From the NCBI GenBank assembly GCA_040876265.1, contig JBBDPN010000002.1:236330-300329 (forward strand): a DNA stretch of 64,000 nt, written 5' to 3'. The DNA comes from Candidatus Woykebacteria bacterium (GTDB lineage: Bacteria; Patescibacteriota; Microgenomatia; Woykebacterales; RBG-16-39-9b). A program made the translations under genes and the position numbers. Shown here in pieces: positions 17,069 through 27,434 of this stretch; positions within the stretch are counted from its first letter, which is position 1, and each line of letters opens with the position of its first letter. Below the pieces are notes generated by a model. That model did not search any database. It saw only the letters and a program-made list of their open reading frames with translations, and was not told the DNA's origin.

Positions 17069-17120
17069 TCCCACGCTTCTTTGTTTGAATTGGGCATCTC
17101 CTGTAATAAAATAAATATTT

Positions 17121-17741
17121 GTGGATTTGCAAGAGCAGAAAGAAGTATCCGCTCATTTTGAGCGGATGTTTACAAAAAACATAAAACCTTGGCGGGAGCA
17201 CGGCCCAGAACCACTACTACTTTCATTCCTGAAGCTTTTAAAAGAAAAATCTACAGACGATAAAGGTCTCAATGTGTTGGATATAGGTTGCGGTGATGGT
17301 TGGGTCTCACTTCTAGCTGCCCGAGAAGGAAACATGGCGTGGGGTATTGACTCGTCAGAGACCGCAATCGCCCAGGCAAAGGAAACTGCTAAAAATTCTT
17401 CCTTTGCTGACAGAGTCCATTTTCAAGTTGGAGACGCTTTATATTTACCTTTTGAAAAAGCACAGTTCTACGCTCTGATCGACAGAGGTCTCTTTCACCA
17501 CATATTACCGGAAAATAGGAGTCTTTATTTAAAAAATATCCGGCGAGTTTTAAAACCAAAAAGCTATTTTTATCTCTCTGTCTTTAGCGACAAAAATTCT
17601 CCTGGGTTTGGACAACTTTTTAACCAGCTGCTCATCGAGAAAATATTTGGTAAGGATTTTACAGTTCTTAAGTGTTATGAAGATCCGTTTCCTCCTTACG
17701 TCCCGGCCCATCTCCTCCATTTTATCTTTGAACGAAAATAG
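17121..17741 (+). CDS. Class I SAM-dependent methyltransferase
   Basis: Motif I VLDIGCGDG, with acidic post-I and motif II context. GTG start. Confidence 0.75.
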   Translation: MDLQEQKEVSAHFERMFTKNIKPWREHGPEPLLLSFLKLLKEKSTDDKGLNVLDIGCGDGWVSLLAAREGNMAWGIDSSETAIAQAKETAKNSSFADRVHFQVGDALYLPFEKAQFYALIDRGLFHHILPENRSLYLKNIRRVLKPKSYFYLSVFSDKNSPGFGQLFNQLLIEKIFGKDFTVLKCYEDPFPPYVPAHLLHFIFERK

Positions 17742-17781
17742 ATTGGCTCTCTTGCTGCTTTTCTTGATACAATAAATTTAG

Positions 17782-18555
17782 ATGTTTCCGTTTAGAGGCG
17801 ATCGTTTCCGAAATTTACGTAAGTTTAACCTAATTATGGCCGGCTTGCACGGCGTGCAAGGCTTGGCCATACTGCTTCTCAGCACCAATTTTTCCCTCCC
17901 GGTGTCCGCCGGTTACCTGACGTTTAATTTTACCAACCAAACACTGGAACCGGCCAGCAAGATCTTATTCAATCTGCCAATTGCCCCTCTCGTAGTTATC
18001 TTTTTCTTTCTTTCCGCCGGTGCCCATTTAATCATTGCAACTGCCTGGCAGAGAGGCTACGAGGAAGATTTGAAGCGCGGCATGAACCGGGCTCGTTGGG
18101 TTGAATACTCATTATCTGCCAGCGTCATGATGGTGGCCATTGCCATGCTAGTTGGGATTTACGAACTGGGCCAACTGATCATGATCTTTGCCCTGGTGGC
18201 GTTTATGAACCTGATGGGACTTGCGATGGAAGTGCACAATCAGACCACCAAAGAAACAAACTGGATTGCGTTTATCATTGGTTCTTTGGCCGGTATCGTT
18301 CCCTGGGTTGCGGTTGGGCTGTATTTCTGGGCTGCGGCCGTCTTTGGAAAAGGAGATATACCCACTTTCGTCTATTGGATTTACATCTCAATCTTCATCT
18401 TTTTCAACTGCTTCGCCATCAACATGTATTTGCAATACATGAAGTTAGGCCGTTGGAAAGATTATCTTTTTGGAGAAAAAGTTTATATTTTACTTAGTTT
18501 ATTTGCTAAATCCGCTCTAGCCTGGCAAGTCTTTGCCGGTACACTGCGTCCCTAA
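17782..18555 (+). CDS. Heliorhodopsin (inverted-topology microbial rhodopsin)
   Basis: Near-colinear with heliorhodopsin 48C12: RWVEYSLSASVMM (counterion Glu in TM3), AGIVPW, ISIFIFFNCFAINMYLQYMK, SLFAKSALAWQVFAG (Schiff-base Lys in TM7). 7 TM. Confidence 0.92.
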   Translation: MFPFRGDRFRNLRKFNLIMAGLHGVQGLAILLLSTNFSLPVSAGYLTFNFTNQTLEPASKILFNLPIAPLVVIFFFLSAGAHLIIATAWQRGYEEDLKRGMNRARWVEYSLSASVMMVAIAMLVGIYELGQLIMIFALVAFMNLMGLAMEVHNQTTKETNWIAFIIGSLAGIVPWVAVGLYFWAAAVFGKGDIPTFVYWIYISIFIFFNCFAINMYLQYMKLGRWKDYLFGEKVYILLSLFAKSALAWQVFAGTLRP

Positions 18556-18563
18556 AGTTTCTT

Positions 18564-18836
18564 ATGAGCTATGAGATTGGTAGTCGGTATCCAAAACCTG
18601 GAGATAAAGTCCGCATTGTTGAAAAAAAGAACTATTCCAGCGGTAAATTAACCGAAGGGGTGGTGAAAGACGTGCTGACCGGTAAAAGATTTCACCCAAG
18701 AGGTCATAAGGTACGGTTAATTAATGGAATTATTGGCCGAGTCCAAGAATTTTCTGATGAGCAGCAGAGCGATCCACCTTCTATCGAAGAAACACCGTCC
18801 GTTCCTTACACACCAAGCGAGGACGACCTAGCTTAA
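18564..18836 (+). CDS. YwbE-family (DUF2196) small protein
   Basis: 90 aa. GKLTEGVVKDVLT...HPRGHKVRL..G.IGRV is characteristic of YwbE/TIGR03833. It lies 8 nt after the heliorhodopsin stop. Confidence 0.65.
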   Translation: MSYEIGSRYPKPGDKVRIVEKKNYSSGKLTEGVVKDVLTGKRFHPRGHKVRLINGIIGRVQEFSDEQQSDPPSIEETPSVPYTPSEDDLA

Positions 18837-19450
18837 TCCACGATCAAGATAGCTCTAGCTGGTGAGCCATCAAGGCCGGTGAGATTTAGGGGCAAACATA
18901 GAAAACGATACTCTCCTGCTTTTACTTTCGAAAGGTCGAGTCCTTCCAGGATCAAAATTTCTTTCTCGAGTAATTTATTGTGGACCGGATGACCTACTGA
19001 TCCGGAAGCTTCAATACCAATATAATCTATTCCGACCAAAACTACTCCTTGGTAAGCCAAATATTCGGCGGCCGAAAGCCCCAGTGTAGTGATACTTTTT
19101 GTGTAGGGCTGCTTTAGCAATCCCGAATTGTTGGTTTTAAATAAAACTAATGACGAGGTTATTTTTCCACTGATATGTTTTTTCTCAATTATATCAACGT
19201 TTTTTGGTATTTCTAATACTTGAGCAATCCCCATACATTTAGCCAGATCCGTCTGCTCAGCCGCTTTCCCTTTTTTCAAAAAATGACTAGGCGCGTCTAT
19301 GTGAGTACCGGTATGGGAGCCAATGGTAATTTTCGAGCTACGAACACCATTTTTCTCAAAGGTTCGATTGGGCTCAATCTTCAAAAAATTTTCAGAGGGG
19401 TGAGCCAAAGTCCCATTATTAATAGGAAGAGAAATATCAATGATTTTCAT
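18833..19450 (-). CDS. Putative cyclase / arylformamidase (kynurenine formamidase-like) family
   Basis: GSHTGTHIDAPSHF, the HxGTHxDxPxH motif. Confidence 0.75.
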   Translation of the reverse strand: MKIIDISLPINNGTLAHPSENFLKIEPNRTFEKNGVRSSKITIGSHTGTHIDAPSHFLKKGKAAEQTDLAKCMGIAQVLEIPKNVDIIEKKHISGKITSSLVLFKTNNSGLLKQPYTKSITTLGLSAAEYLAYQGVVLVGIDYIGIEASGSVGHPVHNKLLEKEILILEGLDLSKVKAGEYRFLCLPLNLTGLDGSPARAILIVD

Positions 19451-20355
19451 TTTTTGGTTACCACGTGTCCGCCGAATTGATTGCGCAGAGCCGAAACTAC
19501 TTTGCCAGTGTAGCTTGGTTTACTTTGAGAGGCCTCTCTAAATTTTACCGACCCTTCGATAATTGGCGCCGGAATGCCAAGTTCTTTGGCTGTTTTTGCG
19601 GTCCATTTGCCTTCGCCACTTTGAGAAATGGATCCGGAAATTCCCTCCAAATCCTCGCCGTAGGTTTTGTAAGCAGACTTGAGCCAGTTTATAAGTCGAG
19701 ATTCTATTACGGTTCCGTGGCTATAAATTTCTGCAATTGCTCTTAAATCGAGTTTAAACGGTGCCGCTTTCAAAACTTCAAATCCTTCCCCAATTGCCTG
19801 CATCATACCGTATTCGATACCGTTGTGGACCATTTTCACAAAGTGCCCGGCTCCGACTGGCCCCATGTATCTATGGCCACTGGGCACCGCTAAATCTTTG
19901 AAAAGAGGTTCGTATTTTTTGAAAATCTCTAAATCTCCTCCAACCATAATCGAAGCACCACTCCTGGCACCAGTCGGGCCGCCGGAAACGCCTACATCCA
20001 AAAAATTAATCCCTTTCCCTTTCAATTTCTTGTATCTAGCAATGCTTTCTTTGTAAAACGAATTGCCACCATCGATTATTGCATCGCCTTTTTCTAGAAG
20101 AGACGCTAAATTGCCTTCGCCAAAGATCACATCATCCACTGGCTTTCCGGCCGGGACCATGATCCAAACCGTGCGAGGAGTAGATAAATGTTTTGCGAGA
20201 TCAGCACAAGTAAAAGCAGTGTTAGCTCCAGCCTTGGCCGCCTCTTTAATCGGTTCCGGGCTTCGGTTGCAGGCAACCACGTCGTACCCTTTATCGAGTA
20301 ACCGCAGCACCATATTGAAGCCCATTTTTCCCAAACCAAAATAGCCAATTTGCAT
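19447..20355 (-). CDS. gnd: 6-phosphogluconate dehydrogenase, short (about 300 aa, YqeC/GntZ-like) decarboxylating form
   Basis: N-terminal Rossmann IGYFGLGKMGFNM. GxxGxGHxVKMVHNGIEY 6PGD signature. Confidence 0.85.
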   Translation of the reverse strand: MQIGYFGLGKMGFNMVLRLLDKGYDVVACNRSPEPIKEAAKAGANTAFTCADLAKHLSTPRTVWIMVPAGKPVDDVIFGEGNLASLLEKGDAIIDGGNSFYKESIARYKKLKGKGINFLDVGVSGGPTGARSGASIMVGGDLEIFKKYEPLFKDLAVPSGHRYMGPVGAGHFVKMVHNGIEYGMMQAIGEGFEVLKAAPFKLDLRAIAEIYSHGTVIESRLINWLKSAYKTYGEDLEGISGSISQSGEGKWTAKTAKELGIPAPIIEGSVKFREASQSKPSYTGKVVSALRNQFGGHVVTKK

Positions 20356-20408
20356 AAGGTTAACTCCTAATATAAAACAGCATCTATTCTAAATCAATTC
20401 CTACGCTG

Positions 20409-20437
20409 TTGACAGCTACCTTGGCTTTGTATATAAT
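20409..20437 (+). promoter_or_regulatory. Consensus sigma70 promoter (TTGACA-17 nt-TATAAT) for the str operon
   Basis: TTGACA at 20409-20414 and TATAAT at 20432-20437, in the gnd/rpsL divergent intergenic region. Confidence 0.55.
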
Positions 20438-20585
20438 CAAGCGCGATCTTCAACAGAGTCAAAGTAGTACTAGTAGATTGCTCGCAGTCGGTCTCTCGTT
20501 TAAATTATCGTTAAATCATTCGAACCCAATCTGCTTCGCAATTTTTAAGATGTTTTCTGTTCGCTGATCACTGTTCACTGATAAA

Positions 20586-20999
20586 ATGCCAACTATAAAT
20601 CAACTTGTCCGAAGGGGCAGAAAAAAAGTAGTAAAGAAGATAAAAGCCACGGCGCTGCGGGGGTCTCTTCACGCTGCCAAAAGGAGAATGACCCCAACCA
20701 CCAACCCTCAAAAAAGAGGGGTGGCAGTAATAGTCAAGACGATGACGCCAAAGAAACCTAACTCAGCATTGCGAAAAGTAGCCAGAGTCCGTCTTTCAAA
20801 CCGAAAAGAAGTAACAGCCTATATTCCTGGTATTGGACATAACCTTCAAGAGCATTCGATAGTTTTGGTAAGAGGTGGCCGGGTAAAAGATCTTCCTGGG
20901 GTGAAATATCACGTCATCCGTGGCCACTATGATACTGGTGGAGTAGAAGGTAGAAAACAGGGTAGAAGTTTGTATGGTAGTAAGAAATCAAAAGAATGA
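20586..20999 (+). CDS. rpsL: 30S ribosomal protein S12
   Basis: [21 protein letters not shown]. Confidence 0.97.
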   Translation: MPTINQLVRRGRKKVVKKIKATALRGSLHAAKRRMTPTTNPQKRGVAVIVKTMTPKKPNSALRKVARVRLSNRKEVTAYIPGIGHNLQEHSIVLVRGGRVKDLPGVKYHVIRGHYDTGGVEGRKQGRSLYGSKKSKE

Positions 21000-21082
21000 G
21001 CAGAGAAGGCTCGCATATGAAACGCGACTTAAACTATTGTTAAACCGTCGCTTTTTCACATGCTTCGCCTTCATTTAATAAT

Positions 21083-21556
21083 ATGAGGGGCAAAAGAGTA
21101 GAAAAAAGAAAATTGGAACCGGATAAAATTTTCAGCAGCCGATTGGTACATCGGTTTATTAATGGTTTGATGAGAGACGGGAAAAAAGCTACCGCTGAAG
21201 GCATTGTCTACAAAACCTTCGATAAAATAAAAGGAGCTGGGAAAGATCCGGTTGAAATTTTTGAAACAGCAATAAGAAACGTAAGCCCAAAAATGGAAGT
21301 CAGACCACGCCGGATAGGCGGCGCCTCTTACCAGGTCCCGGTTGAAGTCAAAGGTGATAGACGCGAGGCACTTGCTATTCGTTGGATATTGACCGGTGCC
21401 AAATCTAAACCGAACACCGAATACAAAACAATGGTGGATAAACTGGCTGCCGAGCTACAAGATGCCGCCGAAGGCAGTGGAGTCTCGATTAAGAGAAGAG
21501 ATGATACGCATCGGATGGCGGAAGCGAATAAGGCTTTCGCCCACTTTCGGTGGTAA
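21083..21556 (+). CDS. rpsG: 30S ribosomal protein S7
   Basis: Conserved S7 core (VEVKGDRREALAIRW). Confidence 0.95.
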   Translation: MRGKRVEKRKLEPDKIFSSRLVHRFINGLMRDGKKATAEGIVYKTFDKIKGAGKDPVEIFETAIRNVSPKMEVRPRRIGGASYQVPVEVKGDRREALAIRWILTGAKSKPNTEYKTMVDKLAAELQDAAEGSGVSIKRRDDTHRMAEANKAFAHFRW

Positions 21557-21871
21557 TCGGTAGTATCAGTTTGGGTTAAGTAAATCCTTGGTATCGAGTT
21601 TTATACGAATTGATTGCGAAAGCCTTGCGAGTACTGCGTTTACTATTTTGATCTTTGTCAAGTAGCACTCTGTACTCTAAAAGCCTTTGCCCACTTTAGA
21701 TTGTGGAGTGTTTAAAATAAAAGTGTAGTTGATAGGTTGGATTTAAACAGCTGCCGTTGACACCAGATAAGGTGTTTTTTATAAGCACCTGCTCTTGTTT
21801 CGTTTTATTAGATTGTAACTTGCACTCGCAGAAGCTTGCCTTTTGCTAAGAGCAAAACGGGGAAAATTAGA

Positions 21872-23977
21872 ATGGCAGAAAAGATTTCGCTAGATAAAAT
21901 CCGCAACATTGGAATAATTGCCCATATTGATGCCGGGAAGACCACGGTGACTGAGCGTGTACTTTTTTATACTGGAAAAAGTTACAAAATCGGTGAAGTC
22001 CACGAGGGCGAAGCTGTTATGGACTGGATGGCGCAGGAGCGGGAACGGGGAATTACTATCACCTCTGCTGCCACCACTACTTTCTGGACTAACAGCGTAG
22101 GCCCTTACAAGGATATTCGCTACCGTATAAACATTATCGATACTCCAGGACACGTTGACTTTACGGCCGAAGTTGAGCGTTCTCTCCGCGTCCTTGATGG
22201 CGGAGTAGTTGTTTTCGACGGAAAAATGGGGGTAGAACCCCAAAGTGAGACTGTTTGGCGGCAAGCTGACAAATACAAAGTGCCTAGAATTTGTTTTATT
22301 AATAAGCTAGACGCGACCGGCGGAGATTTTTACATGAGCCTCTCCTCAATCAAGGAAAAACTCGGTGCCAACGCGATGCCGATCCAACTTCCAATTGGTC
22401 AGGAGCAAGGTTTTAAAGGAGTGGTGAATCTGATTCGAAGACGCGCAACAGTTTACACTGATGAACTGGGTAAAGAATCACAAGAAACCGATATTCCGCA
22501 AGAGTTGAAAGAAAAGGCTGAAGAATACCGCAGTAAGCTAGTCGAAGCAATCGCCGAACATTCAACCGATAAGCTGCTGGAAAAATATTTAGGCGGCGAA
22601 GGATTAACCGTTGATGAATTAATAGAAGGGTTGCGAGCTGCCACAATTTCCGGAAAAATTGTTCCTGTCCTTGCGGGTAGCGCTCTGAAAAATAAAGGTA
22701 TTCAACCACTTTTGGACTCTGTGGTTGAACTGCTTCCGTCTCCACTTGAAACCCCACCCATAAAAGGGAAAAATCCAAAAACCGGCGCCGATGAGGAAAG
22801 GAAAACAAGTGAGGATGAGCCTTTTGCCGCCCTTGCTTTCAAAGTAATGACAGATCCATTTGTAGGTAGACTCACTTATGTTAGAGTTTACTCCGGAAAA
22901 CTTACAGCCGGCAGCTACGTTTACAATTCCACCAAGAATGCCAAAGAAAGAGTTGGTCGGATCCTGCTGATGCACGCCAACGCTAGGCAAGAGATAAAGG
23001 AAATTACAGCCGGTGAAATCGGGGCAGTTGTAGGTTTAAAGGATACCTTTACTGGAGATACACTCTGTGATGATAATAAACCAGTCATTTTGGAAACAAT
23101 TAGTTTTCCCGAACCGGTTATTTCTCTCGCAATTGAGCCAAAATCCAAAGCTGACCAGGAAAAAATGGGGTTGGCCTTGGCTAAACTGGCTGAGGAAGAT
23201 CCAACATTTAAAATGAGAACAGACCATGAAACAGGTCAGGCAATAATTTCTGGAATGGGGGAGCTGCACTTGGATATTTTGGTGGATAGAATGAAACGCG
23301 AATTTAAGGTGGAAGCAAACGTTGGACGTCCGCAGGTTGCTTACAAGGAAACAATCAGAAAAACTGCTCAAGGGGAAGGGAAATACATACGCCAGACCGG
23401 TGGTCGGGGTCAATATGGGCACTGTTTTGTTAGAGTGGAGCCAAAGGGTAGAGGTGAAGGAAACGAGTTTATTTCAGAAATTTTCGGGGGGGCGATCCCG
23501 CGTGAGTTTATTCCAGCGGTGGAAAAAGGCGTCAAGGAAGCAGAGGGTTCCGGTATTTTAGCCGGTTACCCGATTATTGATATAAAAACCGCTCTTTACG
23601 ATGGGAGCTTCCACGAGGTAGATTCTTCGGAAGTTGCCTTCAAAATAGCCGGTTCGCTTGCTTTCAAAGAAGCTGTTAAAAGAGCTGATCTAGTACTTCT
23701 GGAACCTATTATGAAAATGGAAGTGGCTACACCGGAAGAATTTATGGGGGAGATAATTGGAGATTTATCTTCGAAAAGAGCCCGGATTGAATCTAGCGAG
23801 CAACACGGAAATACCAGGGTAATTAAATCGATTGTGCCCCTGGCCGAGATTTTTGGCTACGCGACTACCTTACGAAGTTTAAGTAGCGGCCGAGCAGGCT
23901 TCAATTTAGAGCCTTCCCATTATGAGGAAGTACCGGCAAATATTACCGCAAAATTGACTGAAGGGGTAGGTAAGTAA
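21872..23977 (+). CDS. fusA: Elongation factor G
   Basis: [25 protein letters not shown] at 21872; the ORF-track 21836 TTG is an upstream extension. Confidence 0.97.
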   Translation: MAEKISLDKIRNIGIIAHIDAGKTTVTERVLFYTGKSYKIGEVHEGEAVMDWMAQERERGITITSAATTTFWTNSVGPYKDIRYRINIIDTPGHVDFTAEVERSLRVLDGGVVVFDGKMGVEPQSETVWRQADKYKVPRICFINKLDATGGDFYMSLSSIKEKLGANAMPIQLPIGQEQGFKGVVNLIRRRATVYTDELGKESQETDIPQELKEKAEEYRSKLVEAIAEHSTDKLLEKYLGGEGLTVDELIEGLRAATISGKIVPVLAGSALKNKGIQPLLDSVVELLPSPLETPPIKGKNPKTGADEERKTSEDEPFAALAFKVMTDPFVGRLTYVRVYSGKLTAGSYVYNSTKNAKERVGRILLMHANARQEIKEITAGEIGAVVGLKDTFTGDTLCDDNKPVILETISFPEPVISLAIEPKSKADQEKMGLALAKLAEEDPTFKMRTDHETGQAIISGMGELHLDILVDRMKREFKVEANVGRPQVAYKETIRKTAQGEGKYIRQTGGRGQYGHCFVRVEPKGRGEGNEFISEIFGGAIPREFIPAVEKGVKEAEGSGILAGYPIIDIKTALYDGSFHEVDSSEVAFKIAGSLAFKEAVKRADLVLLEPIMKMEVATPEEFMGEIIGDLSSKRARIESSEQHGNTRVIKSIVPLAEIFGYATTLRSLSSGRAGFNLEPSHYEEVPANITAKLTEGVGK

Positions 23978-24064
23978 GAAAGGTGTTGACTTCTTGGTTC
24001 AAAATAACTAGAATTGCTAAGTTAAAAAGCTTATTAAAATTATCTAGGTTTTTAAGGAGGCCAA

Positions 24065-25255
24065 ATGGCAGAAGCAAAAAAATTTGAACGAACCAAACCC
24101 CATCTTAATGTGGGTACTATTGGTCACGTGGATCATGGTAAGACGACCCTGACCAGTGCTATTACAAAATATCTCTCAAAGAGTGGTAAAGCTGAGCACG
24201 TTCCGTTTGATTCAATTGATAAGGCTCCCGAAGAAAAGCAAAGAGGTATTACTATTGCTTTAGCCCACGTTGAGTACGAAACTGATAAACGTCACTACGC
24301 TCATATTGATGCCCCAGGTCACGCTGATTACATAAAAAATATGATCACCGGTGCTGCTCAAATGGACGGTGCTATTTTGGTAGTTTCGGCAGCTGATGGT
24401 CCGATGCCCCAAACTCGTGAACACATTCTTTTGGCCAGGCAAGTGGGGGTACCGGCTATCGTTGTTTTTATGAACAAAGTCGATATGGTAGATGATAAGG
24501 ATCTTTTGGACCTGGTCGAAGAGGAAATTCGCGAGCTTTTAACAAAATACGAGTACCCAGGTAAGGATACACCGATTATTCGAGGTAGCGCTTTGAAAGC
24601 ATTGGAGGGCGACGCTGAAGCAGAAAAGAGTATCGAAGAGTTGCTGAAAGCAGTCGATGAACACATTCCAGAACCGAAGAGAGATTTTGATAAGCCGTTC
24701 CTTATGCCAGTAGAAGACGTTTTTTCAATTAAAGGCCGGGGAACTGTTGTTACTGGTAGAATTGAAAGAGGTAAGGTAAAAGTAAATGAAACAGTCGAAA
24801 TCGTTGGTATCCGTCCAAAGACTACATCCACAGTTGTGACCGGTGTTGAAATGTTTAGGAAACAACTAGAAGACGGACAGGCAGGTGATAATGTCGGCCT
24901 GCTGCTTCGTGGTATTGAAAAAGACGATGTTGAGCGAGGTCAAGTAGTGGCTGCTCCCGGTGGTATAAAGCCACACACCGAATTTGAAGCCGAAGTTTAC
25001 GTTTTGACAAAAGAAGAAGGTGGCCGACACACACCGTTTTTCTCTGGCTACAAACCGCAATTCTATTTCAGAACGACAGATGTAACCGGTGATTCTGCTC
25101 TACCACAAGGTACCGAAATGGTGATGCCCGGTGACAATACAAATCTTAAAGTGAAATTAATAGGCCCAGTTGCTTTGGAAGAGGGTTTACGATTTGCAAT
25201 TAGAGAAGGTGGAAAGACAGTGGGAGCGGGTGTAGTAACAAAGGTAGTTGCTTAA
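24065..25255 (+). CDS. tuf: Elongation factor Tu
   Basis: [22 protein letters not shown]. Confidence 0.98.
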   Translation: MAEAKKFERTKPHLNVGTIGHVDHGKTTLTSAITKYLSKSGKAEHVPFDSIDKAPEEKQRGITIALAHVEYETDKRHYAHIDAPGHADYIKNMITGAAQMDGAILVVSAADGPMPQTREHILLARQVGVPAIVVFMNKVDMVDDKDLLDLVEEEIRELLTKYEYPGKDTPIIRGSALKALEGDAEAEKSIEELLKAVDEHIPEPKRDFDKPFLMPVEDVFSIKGRGTVVTGRIERGKVKVNETVEIVGIRPKTTSTVVTGVEMFRKQLEDGQAGDNVGLLLRGIEKDDVERGQVVAAPGGIKPHTEFEAEVYVLTKEEGGRHTPFFSGYKPQFYFRTTDVTGDSALPQGTEMVMPGDNTNLKVKLIGPVALEEGLRFAIREGGKTVGAGVVTKVVA

Positions 25256-25289
25256 GAATTAAGAATCGTGAAGCCCAGGTAGTAAATTT

Positions 25290-25598
25290 ATGCCAAAAGG
25301 ACGTCTACGCGTACGTTTAAAATCATATGACGCTCGAGTTCTAGATGACTCAGCAGAAGAGATATTGGATACAGCAATTCGCACTGGTGCTCAAATAGCC
25401 GGTCCAATACCACTTCCGACCGAAAGAGAAACAATTACAGTAACTACCTCCCCGCACGTGGATAAGGATGCTCGGGAACAGTTTGAGATAAGGACTCACA
25501 AGCGTCTGATTGATATTATTGAACCGACACCTAAGACTTTAGATGCGCTTATGCATCTGGAGCTACCTGCCGGTGTAGATATAGAAGTAAAGATGTAG
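25290..25598 (+). CDS. rpsJ: 30S ribosomal protein S10
   Basis: S10 core RLDI...PLPT motif. Confidence 0.95.
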   Translation: MPKGRLRVRLKSYDARVLDDSAEEILDTAIRTGAQIAGPIPLPTERETITVTTSPHVDKDAREQFEIRTHKRLIDIIEPTPKTLDALMHLELPAGVDIEVKM

Positions 25599-25654
25599 GA
25601 TCAAGCTCGTAGACAAAAACAAAGACAAACGATGGGCCGAGAGGCCCTTATTTA

Positions 25655-26452
25655 ATGGTTTTAAATATGGTTAAAGGATTGATCGGTAAAAAAATTAATA
25701 TGACTCAAGTGTTTGATAGCCACGGTCGTAGTGTGCCGGCCACGCGGTTACAGGTTGATCCAAATGTGATTTTGCAGGTGAAAGAGTTAGAAAAAGATGG
25801 TTACAAGAGTATTCAACTTGGATTTGGAAAGAGCAAAAAGCCAACGAAACCAGCAACCGGCCATGCAAAAGCGGCTGGTTTAGATTTTGTACCAAGAGAC
25901 GTAAGAGAAGTAAGTTTTGATGGCGAGTTAAAAAGTGGCAAGTATATCAGCGTCGATCAAGTTTTTCGGAAAGGGTATCTAGTTGATGTAAGCGGACTAT
26001 CAAAAGGTAAGGGTTTTGCTGGGGTTGTAAAGCGTTGGGGGTTTGCCGGCGGCCCGAGGACTCATGGTCAATCAGACAGAGAACGAGCTGCAGGTTCAAT
26101 TGGAGCTACTACCACACCGGGTAGGGTCTTTAAGGGTATGAAAATGGCCGGTCATATGGGAAACCAGCAGGTAACAACAAGAGGTTTAGAAATAATTGAT
26201 TTAGATAAGGAAAAGAGCGAAATAATTGTAAAAGGTTCTATTCCTGGGGCAACTGGGAACATAGTTTTGATAAAGAAATCAAAAAAGGAACCAAAAGCTT
26301 ACCACGAGCCAGAAATTCCGGCGGTGCCTCAAATTGGTGGAGAAAAGGAAGGTACCAAAGAAGCTGAGGCAGAACAAAAAGAAGCCAAACCAAAGGATCA
26401 TGGAGCAGAAACCACCGAACAAAAAACAAGCCAGGAGCAAGAAGATGCCTAG
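25655..26452 (+). CDS. rplC: 50S ribosomal protein L3 with about 50 aa C-terminal K/E-rich extension
   Basis: KGLIGKKINMTQVF N-terminus. L3 core. Tail EPEIPAVPQIGGEKEGTKEAEAEQKEAKPK... Confidence 0.93.
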   Translation: MVLNMVKGLIGKKINMTQVFDSHGRSVPATRLQVDPNVILQVKELEKDGYKSIQLGFGKSKKPTKPATGHAKAAGLDFVPRDVREVSFDGELKSGKYISVDQVFRKGYLVDVSGLSKGKGFAGVVKRWGFAGGPRTHGQSDRERAAGSIGATTTPGRVFKGMKMAGHMGNQQVTTRGLEIIDLDKEKSEIIVKGSIPGATGNIVLIKKSKKEPKAYHEPEIPAVPQIGGEKEGTKEAEAEQKEAKPKDHGAETTEQKTSQEQEDA

Positions 26453-27155
26453 GGGAAAAACCGCACCTAAAAAAGTAGTTAAGAAGGCCTCATCCAAAAA
26501 AAGCGAGGACAAGCTCTCCACGGCCATTTTTAATCAGAAAGGAGAAAAATTAAAGACTGTGATTTTACCAAAATCTATCTTTGGGCAGAAATCAAATCCG
26601 ATTCTCATCTCTCAAGCCGTAAGAGTTTACTTAGCAAATCAGAAAGCGAAACTGGCCTCGACGAAAACCCGGGGCGAAGTTGCCGGAGGCGGCCGTAAAC
26701 CCCATCGCCAGAAAGGGACCGGTAGAGCTCGGGCCGGTAGCATTAGATCTGCTGGTCGGGTTGGTGGTGGGATTATCTTTGGACCGCAACCTGTTAAAAG
26801 CTTGCTAAAGCTCACTAAAAAAATGCGCCAAAAGGCTTTAGCGATTGCCCTTTCTGACAAACTTAGAGAAGAAAAAATAATTTTGCTAGACAAACTGACT
26901 TTGAAAGAACCTAAAACAAAAAAAGCAAAGGAAATCTTAATTAAAACCGCAGGCACGAATAGGAAAACGCTGCTTATTTTGGGAGAAAAGGACCCAATCG
27001 TTATGAAATCATTCAAGAATTTAGAAGAGGTCGATTTTGCCCTGCCGTTGGACTTAAATACGTTGAATGTGCTAAAATCTTCACGTTTAATTTTTACGAT
27101 TGAGGCTATTGAAAAATTAAAAAGCAGATTTGGAGGTAGTGTTGAGAGTAATTAG
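26445..27155 (+). CDS. rplD: 50S ribosomal protein L4
   Basis: ATG 26445 overlaps the rplC stop. L4 core GTGRARAGS. The ORF-track 26334 start lies inside rplC. Confidence 0.9.
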   Translation: MPRGKTAPKKVVKKASSKKSEDKLSTAIFNQKGEKLKTVILPKSIFGQKSNPILISQAVRVYLANQKAKLASTKTRGEVAGGGRKPHRQKGTGRARAGSIRSAGRVGGGIIFGPQPVKSLLKLTKKMRQKALAIALSDKLREEKIILLDKLTLKEPKTKKAKEILIKTAGTNRKTLLILGEKDPIVMKSFKNLEEVDFALPLDLNTLNVLKSSRLIFTIEAIEKLKSRFGGSVESN

Positions 27156-27426
27156 AAAACCGGTTTTGACCGAAAAAAGCTTGCAAGAGGCTGCCGACGG
27201 AAAATACACTTTTGAAGTGGAATTGGCAGCAAACAAAAAAGAAATTGCAAAGGGAGTAGAAAAAACATTTAAAGTGGACGTTGTAGATGTAAAAACGAGA
27301 ATTTTAAAGGGAAAAAGAAAGAGAATAAGAGGAACATTTGTAGAAAGAGCTGGACCAAAAATAAAAAAAGCTACAGTTAGGCTGGGAAAAGATCAAAAAA
27401 TCTCAGTTTTTGAAGTAAGTAAGTGA
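27139..27426 (+). CDS. rplW: 50S ribosomal protein L23
   Basis: [10 protein letters not shown]. Start codon is uncertain (TTG 27130, GTG 27139 or TTG 27142). Confidence 0.88.
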   Translation: MLRVIRKPVLTEKSLQEAADGKYTFEVELAANKKEIAKGVEKTFKVDVVDVKTRILKGKRKRIRGTFVERAGPKIKKATVRLGKDQKISVFEVSK

Positions 27427-27434
27427 GAAACCAA

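Noticed and set aside
24358-24831. Antisense ORFs inside tuf, fusA, rpoC, secY, rny and others (many entries in the ORF track)
   Set aside because: Lie opposite strongly conserved genes. S/T/F-rich shadow-frame translations.
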